Source: Desulfomicrobium sp.
Lineage (GTDB): Bacteria > Desulfobacterota > Desulfovibrionia > Desulfovibrionales > Desulfomicrobiaceae
DNA length: 64,000 bases
Assembly: GCA_040768745.1 (NCBI GenBank)
Contig: JAXGMI010000001.1
Coordinates: 736,001 to 800,000 of the forward strand
Reading direction: 5' to 3'
Part shown: in pieces, positions 8,709 to 19,914 of the stretch
Layout: each line of letters begins with the position of its first letter
Numbering within the stretch: position 1 is the first letter of the stretch
Translations under genes and position numbers: made by a program
The notes under the pieces: generated by a model
Database searches by the model: none
What the model was told of the DNA's origin: nothing
The model's input: the letters and a program-made list of their open reading frames with translations, nothing else

Positions 8709-10259
8709 ATGCGGGGATCAAGTTTCGACGATGCGAACCTGCTCAGTGTTTGCAGGGAAAGCATCGACTACAAAGGTGTGGTCAAACACATCAATGATGG
8801 CGTGGTCATCATCAGAGAAGGCAGCATCGTCTTTGCCAACGATGCATTCTGCGCTATCGCGGATCTGACGTCCGAGAAGATCCTCGGTCAGCCCTTCGAG
8901 ACGCTGGTGACCGAGGATGACCGGGAACGTGTGGCCCGTCATTGCGTGGACAAGCTCTACACGTCCGAACTCGCGGACCGCATCGAATTTTCCATGCTTC
9001 GTCCCGGCAAGAAAGACGCCGCGATCCTGGAAATGAAACTGACCGTGATCGATTGTGGAGGGACCCCGGCGATTCTTGCCGCCATTACGGACATCACCGA
9101 ACGCCGTCAGACCCGGCTCGAACTGCAACGGGTCAAGGACCGGCTGGAGAGCATCCTCCATTCCATGAACGATGTGGTCGTCTCTTTGGCGGTCACGGAC
9201 GATTCCATCCTGGCCATCAATCCGGCGGCTGAAGCCCTGTATGGCATCCCACGCCGGGCCTTCACCGCCGGCCAGATGCAGCTCATGCATTTCGTACACC
9301 CTGAAGACCGCGAAAACGTGCGAGAATTCTACCAATCCTTGGTGGAGGAAGAATTTGGAGAGATGCAGTACCGGATCATCACCGGCAACGGGAAGATCAA
9401 ATGGGTCCACGACGAGGGACATCTGGTGTACTGTACGGCAAGGTCCATTCGCCGCATCGATCACGTCATCCGGGACATCACCGAACAAAAAGAGGCCCTC
9501 GACGCCCTGACCCGCAGTGAGGAGAAATACCGTGACTTCTTCCACAGCACCAAGGACATGGCCTACTCCGTGACCCCGGATGGCACGTTTATCGACATCA
9601 ACGACGCCGGCATCCAGATGCTCGGATTCTCCAGCCGCGAGGAGGCCCTGGCGTCCAACCTGAGGCATTTCTACGAGAACCTGTCCGAACGGGCCGACCT
9701 GCTGGCCCAGATCAACGAAGAGGGGTTTGTCACGGACAAACATGTCCGTTTCCGTCTCAAGGACGGCCGATCCATCGAGGTGGCCATCACGGCCCGGGCC
9801 AAGACTGACGACGCGGGGTATCTCCTCTATTACGAAGGCATTGCCCACAACATCACCCAAGCCCTGGAAGACCAGAGCAACCGCGTGCTCCGCAACGCAG
9901 CCGGCGGAATGTGCCATTACCTGAACACGCACCTCATGCACATCGTCAATGCCAAGGACGGGATCATGGAAGAGATCGAAACCTTGGAAGAAATCGTGCT
10001 CCACACCCCTTTCGAAAACGCCAAGGCAGATGCATGGCAGACGACCATGGCCTCTCTGAAGGCCTACTGCGAAGGGCTGGATCAGGCTTACCGCAAGATC
10101 ACGGCCGTGACCAAGGCCTTCAACTCCGCCTTCCTGACTTACAAGGAAGAGGCCTATCTGGACAAGGCCATCCTGGACATCTTCAACTCCTGCCTGGGCG
10201 ACCCGGTGGAATGCACGACTCCAGCAAGCCGGCGGCGGGACAAGGACCAGAAAAAATGA
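8709..10259 (+). CDS. Cytoplasmic triple-PAS sensor protein with a short C-terminal helical (HisKA-like) region
   Basis: Three PAS/PAC repeats ending DITE, DITE and NITQ; C-terminal GGMCHYLNTHL; no ATPase domain. Confidence 0.8.
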   Translation: MRGSSFDDANLLSVCRESIDYKGVVKHINDGVVIIREGSIVFANDAFCAIADLTSEKILGQPFETLVTEDDRERVARHCVDKLYTSELADRIEFSMLRPGKKDAAILEMKLTVIDCGGTPAILAAITDITERRQTRLELQRVKDRLESILHSMNDVVVSLAVTDDSILAINPAAEALYGIPRRAFTAGQMQLMHFVHPEDRENVREFYQSLVEEEFGEMQYRIITGNGKIKWVHDEGHLVYCTARSIRRIDHVIRDITEQKEALDALTRSEEKYRDFFHSTKDMAYSVTPDGTFIDINDAGIQMLGFSSREEALASNLRHFYENLSERADLLAQINEEGFVTDKHVRFRLKDGRSIEVAITARAKTDDAGYLLYYEGIAHNITQALEDQSNRVLRNAAGGMCHYLNTHLMHIVNAKDGIMEEIETLEEIVLHTPFENAKADAWQTTMASLKAYCEGLDQAYRKITAVTKAFNSAFLTYKEEAYLDKAILDIFNSCLGDPVECTTPASRRRDKDQKK

Positions 10260-10302
10260 CCTTCGGCCATGGGCCGGACCAGCATCCCCAGGGTGAACGG
10301 TC

Positions 10303-11736
10303 ATGCAGCTCCTGAACTGGATCGGCCTCCTCCTGGCCACAGCCCTGGCCCTGGGCGCGGCCTCCCACGCCCTTCTGCGCAAGAGTGATTCCCGCTCTGC
10401 CCTGGGGTGGGTTGCGGTCTGCCTGACGTTTCCGGTGGCCGGACCGGTCCTCTACATCCTTTTCGGCGTGAACCGGGTCCGCCGCAGCGCCTTCCGCATG
10501 CGCCGCGCGGTCCATTCCCGATCTGACGTGGACTCAGACCAGATCCTGCCTGCAGAGGCTGATTCCGTCAGCTTCCCCCTGATACCGCAACCCTTCAGGG
10601 TCCTGGAGCGGGTCGGACGCAATGTCCTTGGTACGGAGCTCATTGGTGGCAACTGTGTCGAACCGCTTTTCAACGGGGACGAGGCATACCCGCGCATGCT
10701 CCAGGCCATGGAGGGCGCGCGACAAAGCATATACCTGGCGACCTACATCATGGCCACGGACAGCCTGGGCAGACAGTTTATCGATGTGCTGACCCGGGCC
10801 GTACGGCGCGGAGTGGACGTTCGGGTGTTGGTCGATGGCCTCGGTGAAAAGTATTCCTGGCCGTGGGTTTCTCGCGCGCTGCATAAAAACGGGGTGGCCT
10901 CGGCCCTTTTCATCCCCTTTCGTTTTTTTCCCCCTGAACTGCACATCAACCTCCGCAACCACCGCAAAATCCTGGTGGTGGATGGCAAGCTCGGCTTTAC
11001 CGGCGGCATGAACATCAGCCAGCAGCATGTGCTGCGGGCAAAAAGTTTCTGGCCCGTGTCGGACCTGCACTTCTTCCTCCGCGGGCCTGTTGTCGGGCAG
11101 TTGCAGGAAGCTTTTGTCGAAGACTGGCTCTTCGCCACCCAGGAGCGCCTCACCCCCGCGCCCATGGCCCCTGAACCCATGATGGAAGATTGTCTGTGCA
11201 GGACAGTCATCGACGGCCCGGATTGCCCCCATGAGCCTCTCAAAACGCTGCTGACCGGCATCGTCTCCGCCGCATCATCCTCCATCAAAATCATGACCCC
11301 TTATTTCGTCCCCCCGCCGTCATTCCTGACCGCCCTGCAGTCAGCCCGCTACCGGGGAGTGGATGTTCAGATCATTCTCCCTGGACGCAACAACCTGCCT
11401 TTCGTGCACTGGGCCGCCCGACATATCCTGGACCACCTGTTGCGGGTGGGCATCTCCGTCTCCTATCAACCTGCCCCCTTCTGTCACACCAAGCTGATAC
11501 TCGTGGACGGATGCTACGTGCACCTCGGATCGGCCAACCTGGACAACCGCAGTCTGCGCCTGAACTTCGAATTGACTCTGGAGGTGCTGGACCTCTGCGT
11601 GGCCGCACGGCTTGAGCGGCACTTCGAGGAGGTCAGGGCCAAAAGCCGACCCGTGACCCGGCGAGAACTGCACAACCGATCCTTGCCCGTGCGCCTGCGC
11701 GATGCCTTCTTTTGGCTGTTTTCGCCCTACCTGTAG
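10303..11736 (+). CDS. cls: Cardiolipin synthase
   Basis: Two N-terminal TM helices and two HxKxxxxD motifs (NHRKILVVDG, CHTKLILVDG). Confidence 0.9.
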   Translation: MQLLNWIGLLLATALALGAASHALLRKSDSRSALGWVAVCLTFPVAGPVLYILFGVNRVRRSAFRMRRAVHSRSDVDSDQILPAEADSVSFPLIPQPFRVLERVGRNVLGTELIGGNCVEPLFNGDEAYPRMLQAMEGARQSIYLATYIMATDSLGRQFIDVLTRAVRRGVDVRVLVDGLGEKYSWPWVSRALHKNGVASALFIPFRFFPPELHINLRNHRKILVVDGKLGFTGGMNISQQHVLRAKSFWPVSDLHFFLRGPVVGQLQEAFVEDWLFATQERLTPAPMAPEPMMEDCLCRTVIDGPDCPHEPLKTLLTGIVSAASSSIKIMTPYFVPPPSFLTALQSARYRGVDVQIILPGRNNLPFVHWAARHILDHLLRVGISVSYQPAPFCHTKLILVDGCYVHLGSANLDNRSLRLNFELTLEVLDLCVAARLERHFEEVRAKSRPVTRRELHNRSLPVRLRDAFFWLFSPYL

Positions 11737-11998
11737 CACCGACGCCTCCTGCCCGGACCCTCTCCCCAAAAGCGTCCGGCAATGATCCGACCTGCCGCAA
11801 AGCCACCCGCACAGCCCTTCTCCTGGCAACGCCCAAGGCAGCGGCCCCTGTCCCGGGTGAGTTGCTGACAAAAGAGGCGCGGGCCGTTCCAGCACCGGGA
11901 TGTTTCACTGATTAAGCTTTGACGATTCAGCCCCGACCTTTTAACGTACAAGACGCGCCTGAAAGGAACCGGCCGCAATTCCAACAAGGAGGACTGCC

Positions 11999-12217
11999 GT
12001 GAGCAAGGAATTCACCGTCTCCACCATCTGCCCGCATTGCGGACACGCCACCCAGGACACGCACGACGAACATGACATGCGTGCATCCTACGGCAACAAC
12101 CCGAACATCTCTGTGATTTGCGCTCATTGCCAGACAAGCTTTGAACAGCCCATGGAACTGGCCTGCGCCGAATGGGACGACTACTGCCATGAGATACCAC
12201 TGCCGGCGGATGTCTAG
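11999..12217 (+). CDS. Small Cys-rich (zinc-ribbon-like) protein
   Basis: AGGAGG RBS with GTG start; CPHC and CAHC pairs plus CAEWDDYC. Confidence 0.7.
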   Translation: MSKEFTVSTICPHCGHATQDTHDEHDMRASYGNNPNISVICAHCQTSFEQPMELACAEWDDYCHEIPLPADV

Positions 12218-12249
12218 TCCTGCTTTCAACCCACACGGAGCCTGCATCG

Positions 12250-12420
12250 ATGATCTATATCGTGACAAAATGCGCTGACTGCCCTTGCATGTGCGTGATC
12301 GATGGACAGCGCGCCTGCAACGTCGCCACACCCAGGCATCGGCCCGTTCCTGACGACGAGGACCGCCCGTCCTGGTGCAAGATGCGCAAAGAACAGATAA
12401 TTATCCGGGATTTCAAGTGA
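12250..12420 (+). CDS. Small Cys-rich protein (56 aa, below the ORF-track cutoff)
   Basis: GGAG RBS; MIYIVTKCADCPCMCVIDGQRACNVATPRHRPVPDDEDRPSWCKMRKEQIIIRDFK. Confidence 0.6.
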   Translation: MIYIVTKCADCPCMCVIDGQRACNVATPRHRPVPDDEDRPSWCKMRKEQIIIRDFK

Positions 12421-12524
12421 GACAGACCCCCCCAAGGAATTCTCGTCTTTCCGGTTGAAGTCTCAGCCTCAATTTGCTACGTGCTGTTCAGTGTCGACTA
12501 GCGAGGTGAGCAGGGTGCGTCACA

Positions 12525-12553
12525 TTGACAAACACCTGCCTTCACCATAGGGA
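12525..12553 (+). promoter_or_regulatory. Candidate sigma70 promoter for dsrC
   Basis: Consensus TTGACA at 12525-12530 with a weak -10 (TAGGGA) at 17-bp spacing. Confidence 0.4.
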
Positions 12554-12620
12554 AGGCCATTGCAAACTCTTTTTCCGGAAGGAAAAATTTTGAGGAACAA
12601 CATCTAAGGAGGAATTGAGC

Positions 12621-12938
12621 ATGGCACAGATTGAATTCCAGGGTAAATCTTTCGAAATCGATGAAGACGGCTTCCTGCTGAAGTTCGAAGATTGGTCCCC
12701 CGAGTGGGTAGAGTACGTCAAGGACAGCGAGGGCATCGCCGAAATCACCGAAGCTCACCAGCAGATCCTGGACTTCCTGCAGGACTACTACAAGAAGAAC
12801 GGCATCGCTCCCATGGTCCGTATTCTGTCCAAGTCCACTGGCTACAAGCTGAAACAGATCTACGAACTGTTCCCCTCCGGTCCCGGCAAGGGAGCTTGTA
12901 AAATGGCTGGTCTGCCCAAGCCCACTGGCTGCGTGTAG
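12621..12938 (+). CDS. dsrC: Dissimilatory sulfite reduction sulfur-carrier protein DsrC
   Basis: DEDGFL start motif and C-terminal arm GPGKGACKMAGLPKPTGCV with both conserved Cys; AGGAGG RBS. Confidence 0.97.
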   Translation: MAQIEFQGKSFEIDEDGFLLKFEDWSPEWVEYVKDSEGIAEITEAHQQILDFLQDYYKKNGIAPMVRILSKSTGYKLKQIYELFPSGPGKGACKMAGLPKPTGCV

Positions 12939-12957
12939 CCCATCTTTTTTTCGCGAC

Positions 12958-12988
12958 AAAAAACCCTGCCTGCGCAGGGTTTTTTTTT
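12958..12988. terminator. Bidirectional rho-independent terminator between dsrC and malQ
   Basis: AAAAAACCCTGC-loop-GCAGGGTTTTTTTTT. Confidence 0.85.
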
Positions 12989-13045
12989 GCCCGACTCCGC
13001 GAACAGGATGCCCTGCCGGAGTCGTACATGCCACTCACCTGAACC

Positions 13046-14548
13046 TCAGACCCGTCCGTATATGGAGGCCAGCGAAAGCATGCGCTGGGCCAGTTCTTCC
13101 GATAGCATCTCCTTTCGCATGCGCCATGCCCAGTTGGCAGTGGCCACTCCCGGTATATTCATGCGCGCTTCCAGGCCGAGATTGAGGTAGTCCTGCACCG
13201 GAATGATGCAGAGGTGGGCCGGGCTGCCCAGGCCCAGCCGGATCAGGACCTCTGACGCGTTCTCGACCTGCACGGGCCGGCCCGAGTATGCCTCCAGCCG
13301 CTCCCGTCCCCCTGCGTCCAGTTCTTCGGAAAACCATCCCCGGGTCGTATTGTTGTCGTGGGTTCCGGTGTAGACCACGCTTCTCGGCTCGATGTTGTGC
13401 GGGATGTAGGCATTCCTCGCCATGTCCGGACCAAAAGCAAACTGCAGCACCTTCATGCCCGGGAATCCGAACTGGTCCATGAGCGCGGTCACGTCCGGGG
13501 TGATAACTCCCAAGTCCTCGGCCACAATGGACAGGCCCGGAACCTGTTCGCGCACAGAGCGGAAAAGCTTCTCCCCCGGACCCGGTATCCAGACGCCGTT
13601 TTCCGCCGTGGGTTCGCAGGATGGCACCTGCCAGAACGCGCAGAAGCCCCGGAAATGGTCGAGCCGCACCGTGTCGAAGCGGCTTCCTTCGTGCCGGAGT
13701 CGGGCAATCCACCACGTGTATCCTTTTTTTTCCTGATACCCCCAGTCATAGACAGGATTGCCCCACATTTGACCGGTCTCACTGAAATAATCCGGGGGGG
13801 CTCCAGCGCAGAATATGGGCAGGCCCTCGTCGTCCAGCGTGAAGAGTTCCCTGTTGTCCCACACGTCGCAGCTGTCCATGCTTACATAAATGGGCACGTC
13901 GCCAAGCATGGACACCCCCCGATCCGCGGCATGCGCCCGCAGGCCCTTCCACTGCTGGGCGAAAAGGTACTGGAAGTATTTTTCCCGTAAAACGTCATAT
14001 CCCAGACGCGCAGCGGCCTGCTCCAGGGCCACGGAATCGCCCAGCCGCAGTTCCTTGGGCCACTTGTACCAGGGCGCGCCGCCGTGCTCACGCTTCAAGG
14101 CCATGAACAGGCAGAAGGGATCCAGCCAAAAGGCGTTGCCCAGGCAGAAACGCTCAAAATCAGCGTCACTCCGCAGACCAGCGAAGACATTGTCGAATGC
14201 CTGTTCCAGGAGCCGCCAACGCCAGATGGCCGCAGCATGGTAGTCGACGCGATCCCGATCAAAGGCCGGCAGCCCCCGCAGATCCTCGGCCCGCAAAACG
14301 CCTTGGTGTACCAGGAGCTCCGGACTGACAAACAGGATGTTCCCGGCAAATGCCGAATAGCTGCTGTATGGCGAATTCCCAGCCCCTGCGTTGATGGGTG
14401 CCAGGGGGAGCACCTGCCACACGCTCTGGCCGGCCCGGGCCAGAAAATCCACAAAGGCGCGGGCCTGGGGACCGAAATCACCCAGCCCATGCCTGGACGG
14501 GAGGGACGATATGTGGGCCAGCACACCGCAACGGCGAGGGGATTGCAT
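13046..14548 (-). CDS. malQ: 4-alpha-glucanotransferase (GH77)
   Basis: GVLAHISSLPS, SPYSSYSAFAGN, RLDHFRGF, AEDLG and YTGTHDN motifs; start overlaps the glgB stop. Confidence 0.95.
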   Translation of the reverse strand: MQSPRRCGVLAHISSLPSRHGLGDFGPQARAFVDFLARAGQSVWQVLPLAPINAGAGNSPYSSYSAFAGNILFVSPELLVHQGVLRAEDLRGLPAFDRDRVDYHAAAIWRWRLLEQAFDNVFAGLRSDADFERFCLGNAFWLDPFCLFMALKREHGGAPWYKWPKELRLGDSVALEQAAARLGYDVLREKYFQYLFAQQWKGLRAHAADRGVSMLGDVPIYVSMDSCDVWDNRELFTLDDEGLPIFCAGAPPDYFSETGQMWGNPVYDWGYQEKKGYTWWIARLRHEGSRFDTVRLDHFRGFCAFWQVPSCEPTAENGVWIPGPGEKLFRSVREQVPGLSIVAEDLGVITPDVTALMDQFGFPGMKVLQFAFGPDMARNAYIPHNIEPRSVVYTGTHDNNTTRGWFSEELDAGGRERLEAYSGRPVQVENASEVLIRLGLGSPAHLCIIPVQDYLNLGLEARMNIPGVATANWAWRMRKEMLSEELAQRMLSLASIYGRV

Positions 14549-16440
14549 CACTCTTCTCCAGGCATGAAGAACAGTACCCCCAGGGGCGGGAGAGCCAGAC
14601 TCAGGGAATAGGGGCGGCCATGCACGGGGATGGGTTCGGCCCGGGCCGAACCCATATTGCCCGCACCGCTGCCGCCATACGCCACGCTGTCGGAATTGAG
14701 GACTTCCCGCCAGATCCCGCCATGATCCACGCCCACGGCATAGCGCTCCCGGACCACCGGGGTGAAATTGCAGACCACAAGCAGGGTCTGCTCCCCGGTC
14801 TTTCGGAAAAAGCTCAGCACGCTCTGATCCGAGTCGTGGCAGTTCTCCCAGCTGAATCCCGACGGATCGAAATCCAGGGCATGCAAGGCCGGGCACCCGC
14901 TGTATAGCCTGTTCAAGTCCCGCACCCAGGACCGCAGCCCATCATGGGCCGGGAACCGCAGCAGGTCCCAATCCAATGCCTTGTCGTGATTCCACTCGCT
15001 CCACTGCCCGAACTCCCCGCCCATGAAGAGCAGCTTCTTGCCCGGCAGCCCGTACATATACCCGATGAGAAGCCGCAGGTTGGCGAGCTTCTGCCAGTAA
15101 TCCCCGGGCATCTTGGACAGGAGGGACTTTTTGCCGTGCACGACTTCGTCATGGGACAGGGGCAGGATAAAATTCTCCGCAAACGCATACCACAACGCGA
15201 ACGTGAGCAGGTTATGGTGATACTTGCGATGGATCGGATCCAGTTCCATGTAGGACAGGGAATCGTTCATCCAGCCCATATTCCATTTCAGCCCAAAACC
15301 CAGCCCACCCAGGTAGACGGGTTTGGAAACCATGGGCCAGGACGTGGATTCCTCGGCAATGGTCTGCGCGTCGGGAAATTCCTGGTACACCGCCTTGTTC
15401 ATCTCGCGCAGCATGTCGATGGCGTTCAGGTTCTCCCGCCCTCCGTAACGATTGGGTATCCACTCCCCTTGGGCCCGGGAATAGTCCAGATAGAGCATGG
15501 AGGCCACGCCATCCACGCGCAACCCGTCCAGATGGAACTCGCGCAGCCAGTACATGGCGTTGCAGATGAGAAAACCGGCCACTTCGTAGCGACCGTAATT
15601 GAAGATGGCGCTCTTCCATTCGGGATGAAACCCCTGTCTGGGATCGGCATGCTCGTACAGCGCTGTGCCATCAAAATTGGCCAGCCCATGCGCGTCCACG
15701 GGAAAATGCCCCGGCACCCAGTCCAGGATGACGCCAATGCCCCGCTGATGCAGATGGTCTACGAAATACCGAAAATCCTGCGGGCAGCCGTAACGGCTGG
15801 AAGGGGAAAAATACCCCGTGCTCTGGTACCCCCAGGAGCCGTAGAACGGGTGTTCGGCCACGGGCATGATCTCCACATGGGTGAACCCCATTTCGAGCAC
15901 ATATTCAGCCAGTTCATGGGCGATGCGGCGATAGTTGAGAAAATCACCATTTTCGTCCCGACGCCAGGACCCCAGGTGCACTTCGTAGACAGCCCAGGGG
16001 CTGGTCAGACTGTTGCGCTGGGCCCGGTCCCGCATCCAGTCCGCATCGTTCCAGGTGTACTGCAGATCCCAGATTATGGATCCCGTGGCCGGCGGCTCCT
16101 CGCTGAACAGGGCGAACGGGTCCGATCGCTCGGCGTACCCCCCGGGCCAGGAAATGAAGTATTTGTAGCGCTGCCCGTGTCTGGCCTCGGGCACGAAGCA
16201 TTCCCACACGCCGGAACTGTCCGCCCGCACGGTCATGGGGGATTTTCCCCGGTCCCAATCATTGAAATCGCCAAGGACTGCGACATAGTCCGCGTTGGGC
16301 GCCCAGACCACAAAGCGGGTCCCGGCGCAGTCAGGCCCCAGGGATTCCGGATGAGCCCCAAAATGTTCATAGAGCCTGGTATGGCGCCCCTGCTTGAACA
16401 GATAGATATCGAGATCACCGAGGGAGTGGGTAGTGGACAT
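14548..16440 (-). CDS. glgB: 1,4-alpha-glucan branching enzyme
   Basis: YEVHLGSW, DWVPGHF, RVDGVASMLY, AEESTSWP and LSHDEVVHGK motifs. Confidence 0.97.
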   Translation of the reverse strand: MSTTHSLGDLDIYLFKQGRHTRLYEHFGAHPESLGPDCAGTRFVVWAPNADYVAVLGDFNDWDRGKSPMTVRADSSGVWECFVPEARHGQRYKYFISWPGGYAERSDPFALFSEEPPATGSIIWDLQYTWNDADWMRDRAQRNSLTSPWAVYEVHLGSWRRDENGDFLNYRRIAHELAEYVLEMGFTHVEIMPVAEHPFYGSWGYQSTGYFSPSSRYGCPQDFRYFVDHLHQRGIGVILDWVPGHFPVDAHGLANFDGTALYEHADPRQGFHPEWKSAIFNYGRYEVAGFLICNAMYWLREFHLDGLRVDGVASMLYLDYSRAQGEWIPNRYGGRENLNAIDMLREMNKAVYQEFPDAQTIAEESTSWPMVSKPVYLGGLGFGLKWNMGWMNDSLSYMELDPIHRKYHHNLLTFALWYAFAENFILPLSHDEVVHGKKSLLSKMPGDYWQKLANLRLLIGYMYGLPGKKLLFMGGEFGQWSEWNHDKALDWDLLRFPAHDGLRSWVRDLNRLYSGCPALHALDFDPSGFSWENCHDSDQSVLSFFRKTGEQTLLVVCNFTPVVRERYAVGVDHGGIWREVLNSDSVAYGGSGAGNMGSARAEPIPVHGRPYSLSLALPPLGVLFFMPGEE

Positions 16441-16514
16441 GGTATACCTCCGGGAATTGCACTTCACGATAGAGAAGAGAGTACGTCATTGGCAAGGACC
16501 GAGACGTTTAGGGC

Positions 16515-16542
16515 AAAAAAAAAGCGCGGTCAGGACCGCGCT
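16515..16542 (-). terminator. Rho-independent terminator after the 47-aa gene
   Basis: Minus strand AGCGCGGTC-CT-GACCGCGCT followed by a long T run. Confidence 0.75.
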
Positions 16543-16565
16543 CCAAGCATCCCGCAGAAAACGAT

Positions 16566-16709
16566 TTAGTGATGATGTTCGTTCATGCCTTCTTTGATGC
16601 GATACATCGCGGCAATGACGATGGCCGCGAGATAGGTGAAAATTCCGATCACTCCGATGAAGCCCTGCACTGTGCTGTGCAGCATGTTGCCAAAAAGCTC
16701 ACCCAGCAT
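16566..16709 (-). CDS. Small single-TM protein with a His tail (47 aa)
   Basis: AGGAGGAG RBS; MLGELFGNMLHSTVQGFIGVIGIFTYLAAIVIAAMYRIKEGMNEHHH; own terminator. Confidence 0.7.
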   Translation of the reverse strand: MLGELFGNMLHSTVQGFIGVIGIFTYLAAIVIAAMYRIKEGMNEHHH

Positions 16710-16794
16710 GCTCTCCTCCTATAACGTGTCCCTGCACAAATCGTATGGGATTTTCCCACCACATCTTGCCCAATAAAGTCAAGGGAAAACCCTT

Positions 16795-17922
16795 CTACCG
16801 ACCCACGTCTGCCGTGGTGTGCGATGTCTCCACCGCAGTGCCCAGCTCCTCAAAGAAGGTGTCCCGCTGCACGGGGGTGAAGCCAGTGGCGGCAATGACT
16901 TCCGTCAATTCGGCGATGGTAAGGCCTTTGGGGGAATCGGCCCCGGCCGCGTGACCGATCTTCTCCTCGACAATGGTTCCGTCGAAATCATCGGCTCCGG
17001 CCCACAACGCCATCTGCGCGGCCTTGATCCCGGCAAAGGCCCAATAGGCCTTGATGTGCGGAATGTTGTCCAGGAACAGGCGGGATACGGCGATCATGCG
17101 CAGGTATTCCTCACCAGTGGGGCCCGCGGCCCCCAGCTCGTTGTTCCGCGTCTGGTAGGCCAGTGGAATGAAGCAGACGAACCCGGGCTTGGCATCCTCC
17201 AGGGTGCGCAGTGCATTCAGATGCTCGATGCGGTCCTCCCAGGATTCGATATGCCCGAAGAGCATGGTGCTGTTGGTCTTGATACCCATCTCATGGGCCA
17301 GACCGTGGATGTGCAGCCAGCGCTCGCCGCTGACCTTTTCCGGACAGAGTTTGGCGCGCATGGCTGCGGAAAAGACTTCCGCCCCACCGCCAGTGAGGAC
17401 CTGCAACCCGGCCGCACGCAGCTCCGCGAGCACTGTCCGCTCGTCCCGACCCCATGTGTCCGCAAAATGGGCGATCTCCACCGCGGTGAAGGCCTTGATC
17501 ACGGCCTGAGGGCGGATCTCCCGGCACAGGGCCAGCAGATCCAGATAATACTGATATGGCAGGTCCGGGTTGAGGCCTCCGACGATGTGGATTTCCCGGA
17601 TGGGGTGATCGATGCGGGCCAGAAGCAGCTCTCTAACCTTGTCCAGGGAATAGGTGTACCCTCCATCCTCGCCCTTGCGCTTGAAAAAGGCGCAAAAACG
17701 GCACTGATTGCGGCACACGTTGGTGTAGTTGAGATGCTGGTTGTAAACGAAATACGCTTTGTCTCCGTGCCTCGCCCGGCGCTGCCTGAGAGCCGCATCG
17801 CCCAGTTCGTGCACCGAGCCGGACCGCGCGATATCCAGGGCGAATTCCGGATCGATGCGTTGGCCCGGCATCAGGCTGGCCAGCCGTTTTCTGGCGGCGC
17901 TCGAAAGTCCGCTGTTCATCAT
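16795..17922 (-). CDS. mqnE: Aminofutalosine synthase (radical SAM, menaquinone futalosine pathway)
   Basis: NYTNVCRNQCRFCAF, KAFTAVEI, GGGAEVF, HIKAYW and GADDFDGTIVEEKI motifs. Confidence 0.85.
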   Translation of the reverse strand: MMNSGLSSAARKRLASLMPGQRIDPEFALDIARSGSVHELGDAALRQRRARHGDKAYFVYNQHLNYTNVCRNQCRFCAFFKRKGEDGGYTYSLDKVRELLLARIDHPIREIHIVGGLNPDLPYQYYLDLLALCREIRPQAVIKAFTAVEIAHFADTWGRDERTVLAELRAAGLQVLTGGGAEVFSAAMRAKLCPEKVSGERWLHIHGLAHEMGIKTNSTMLFGHIESWEDRIEHLNALRTLEDAKPGFVCFIPLAYQTRNNELGAAGPTGEEYLRMIAVSRLFLDNIPHIKAYWAFAGIKAAQMALWAGADDFDGTIVEEKIGHAAGADSPKGLTIAELTEVIAATGFTPVQRDTFFEELGTAVETSHTTADVGR

Positions 17923-18014
17923 GGTCATCCTCGAAAAAAAGAGGCCGCACCCTGCGGATGCAGCCTCTGTGTCACACGCGGGTGCCGGCACGAAGCTGCC
18001 GCTTCACCACGCCA

Positions 18015-19751
<1,737 letters not shown>

Positions 19752-19914
19752 ACGTTTACCCCCCTAACGAAAAATAAATTTGGGCAGTCCTAGCAGAGGG
19801 ACCCTGCCTTGACAACCAGAATAATCTCCGGAAAAAAGATTGCTTTTCCGCCCCAGTTCTTCGTCTTCACGGGCAATTCCACGATCTCGTCGCGCACCTT
19901 GGCGCTGGTCTTTT

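Noticed and set aside
12621..12938. dsrC separated from dsrAB as an anomaly
   Set aside because: A stand-alone dsrC is the usual arrangement in Desulfovibrionales.
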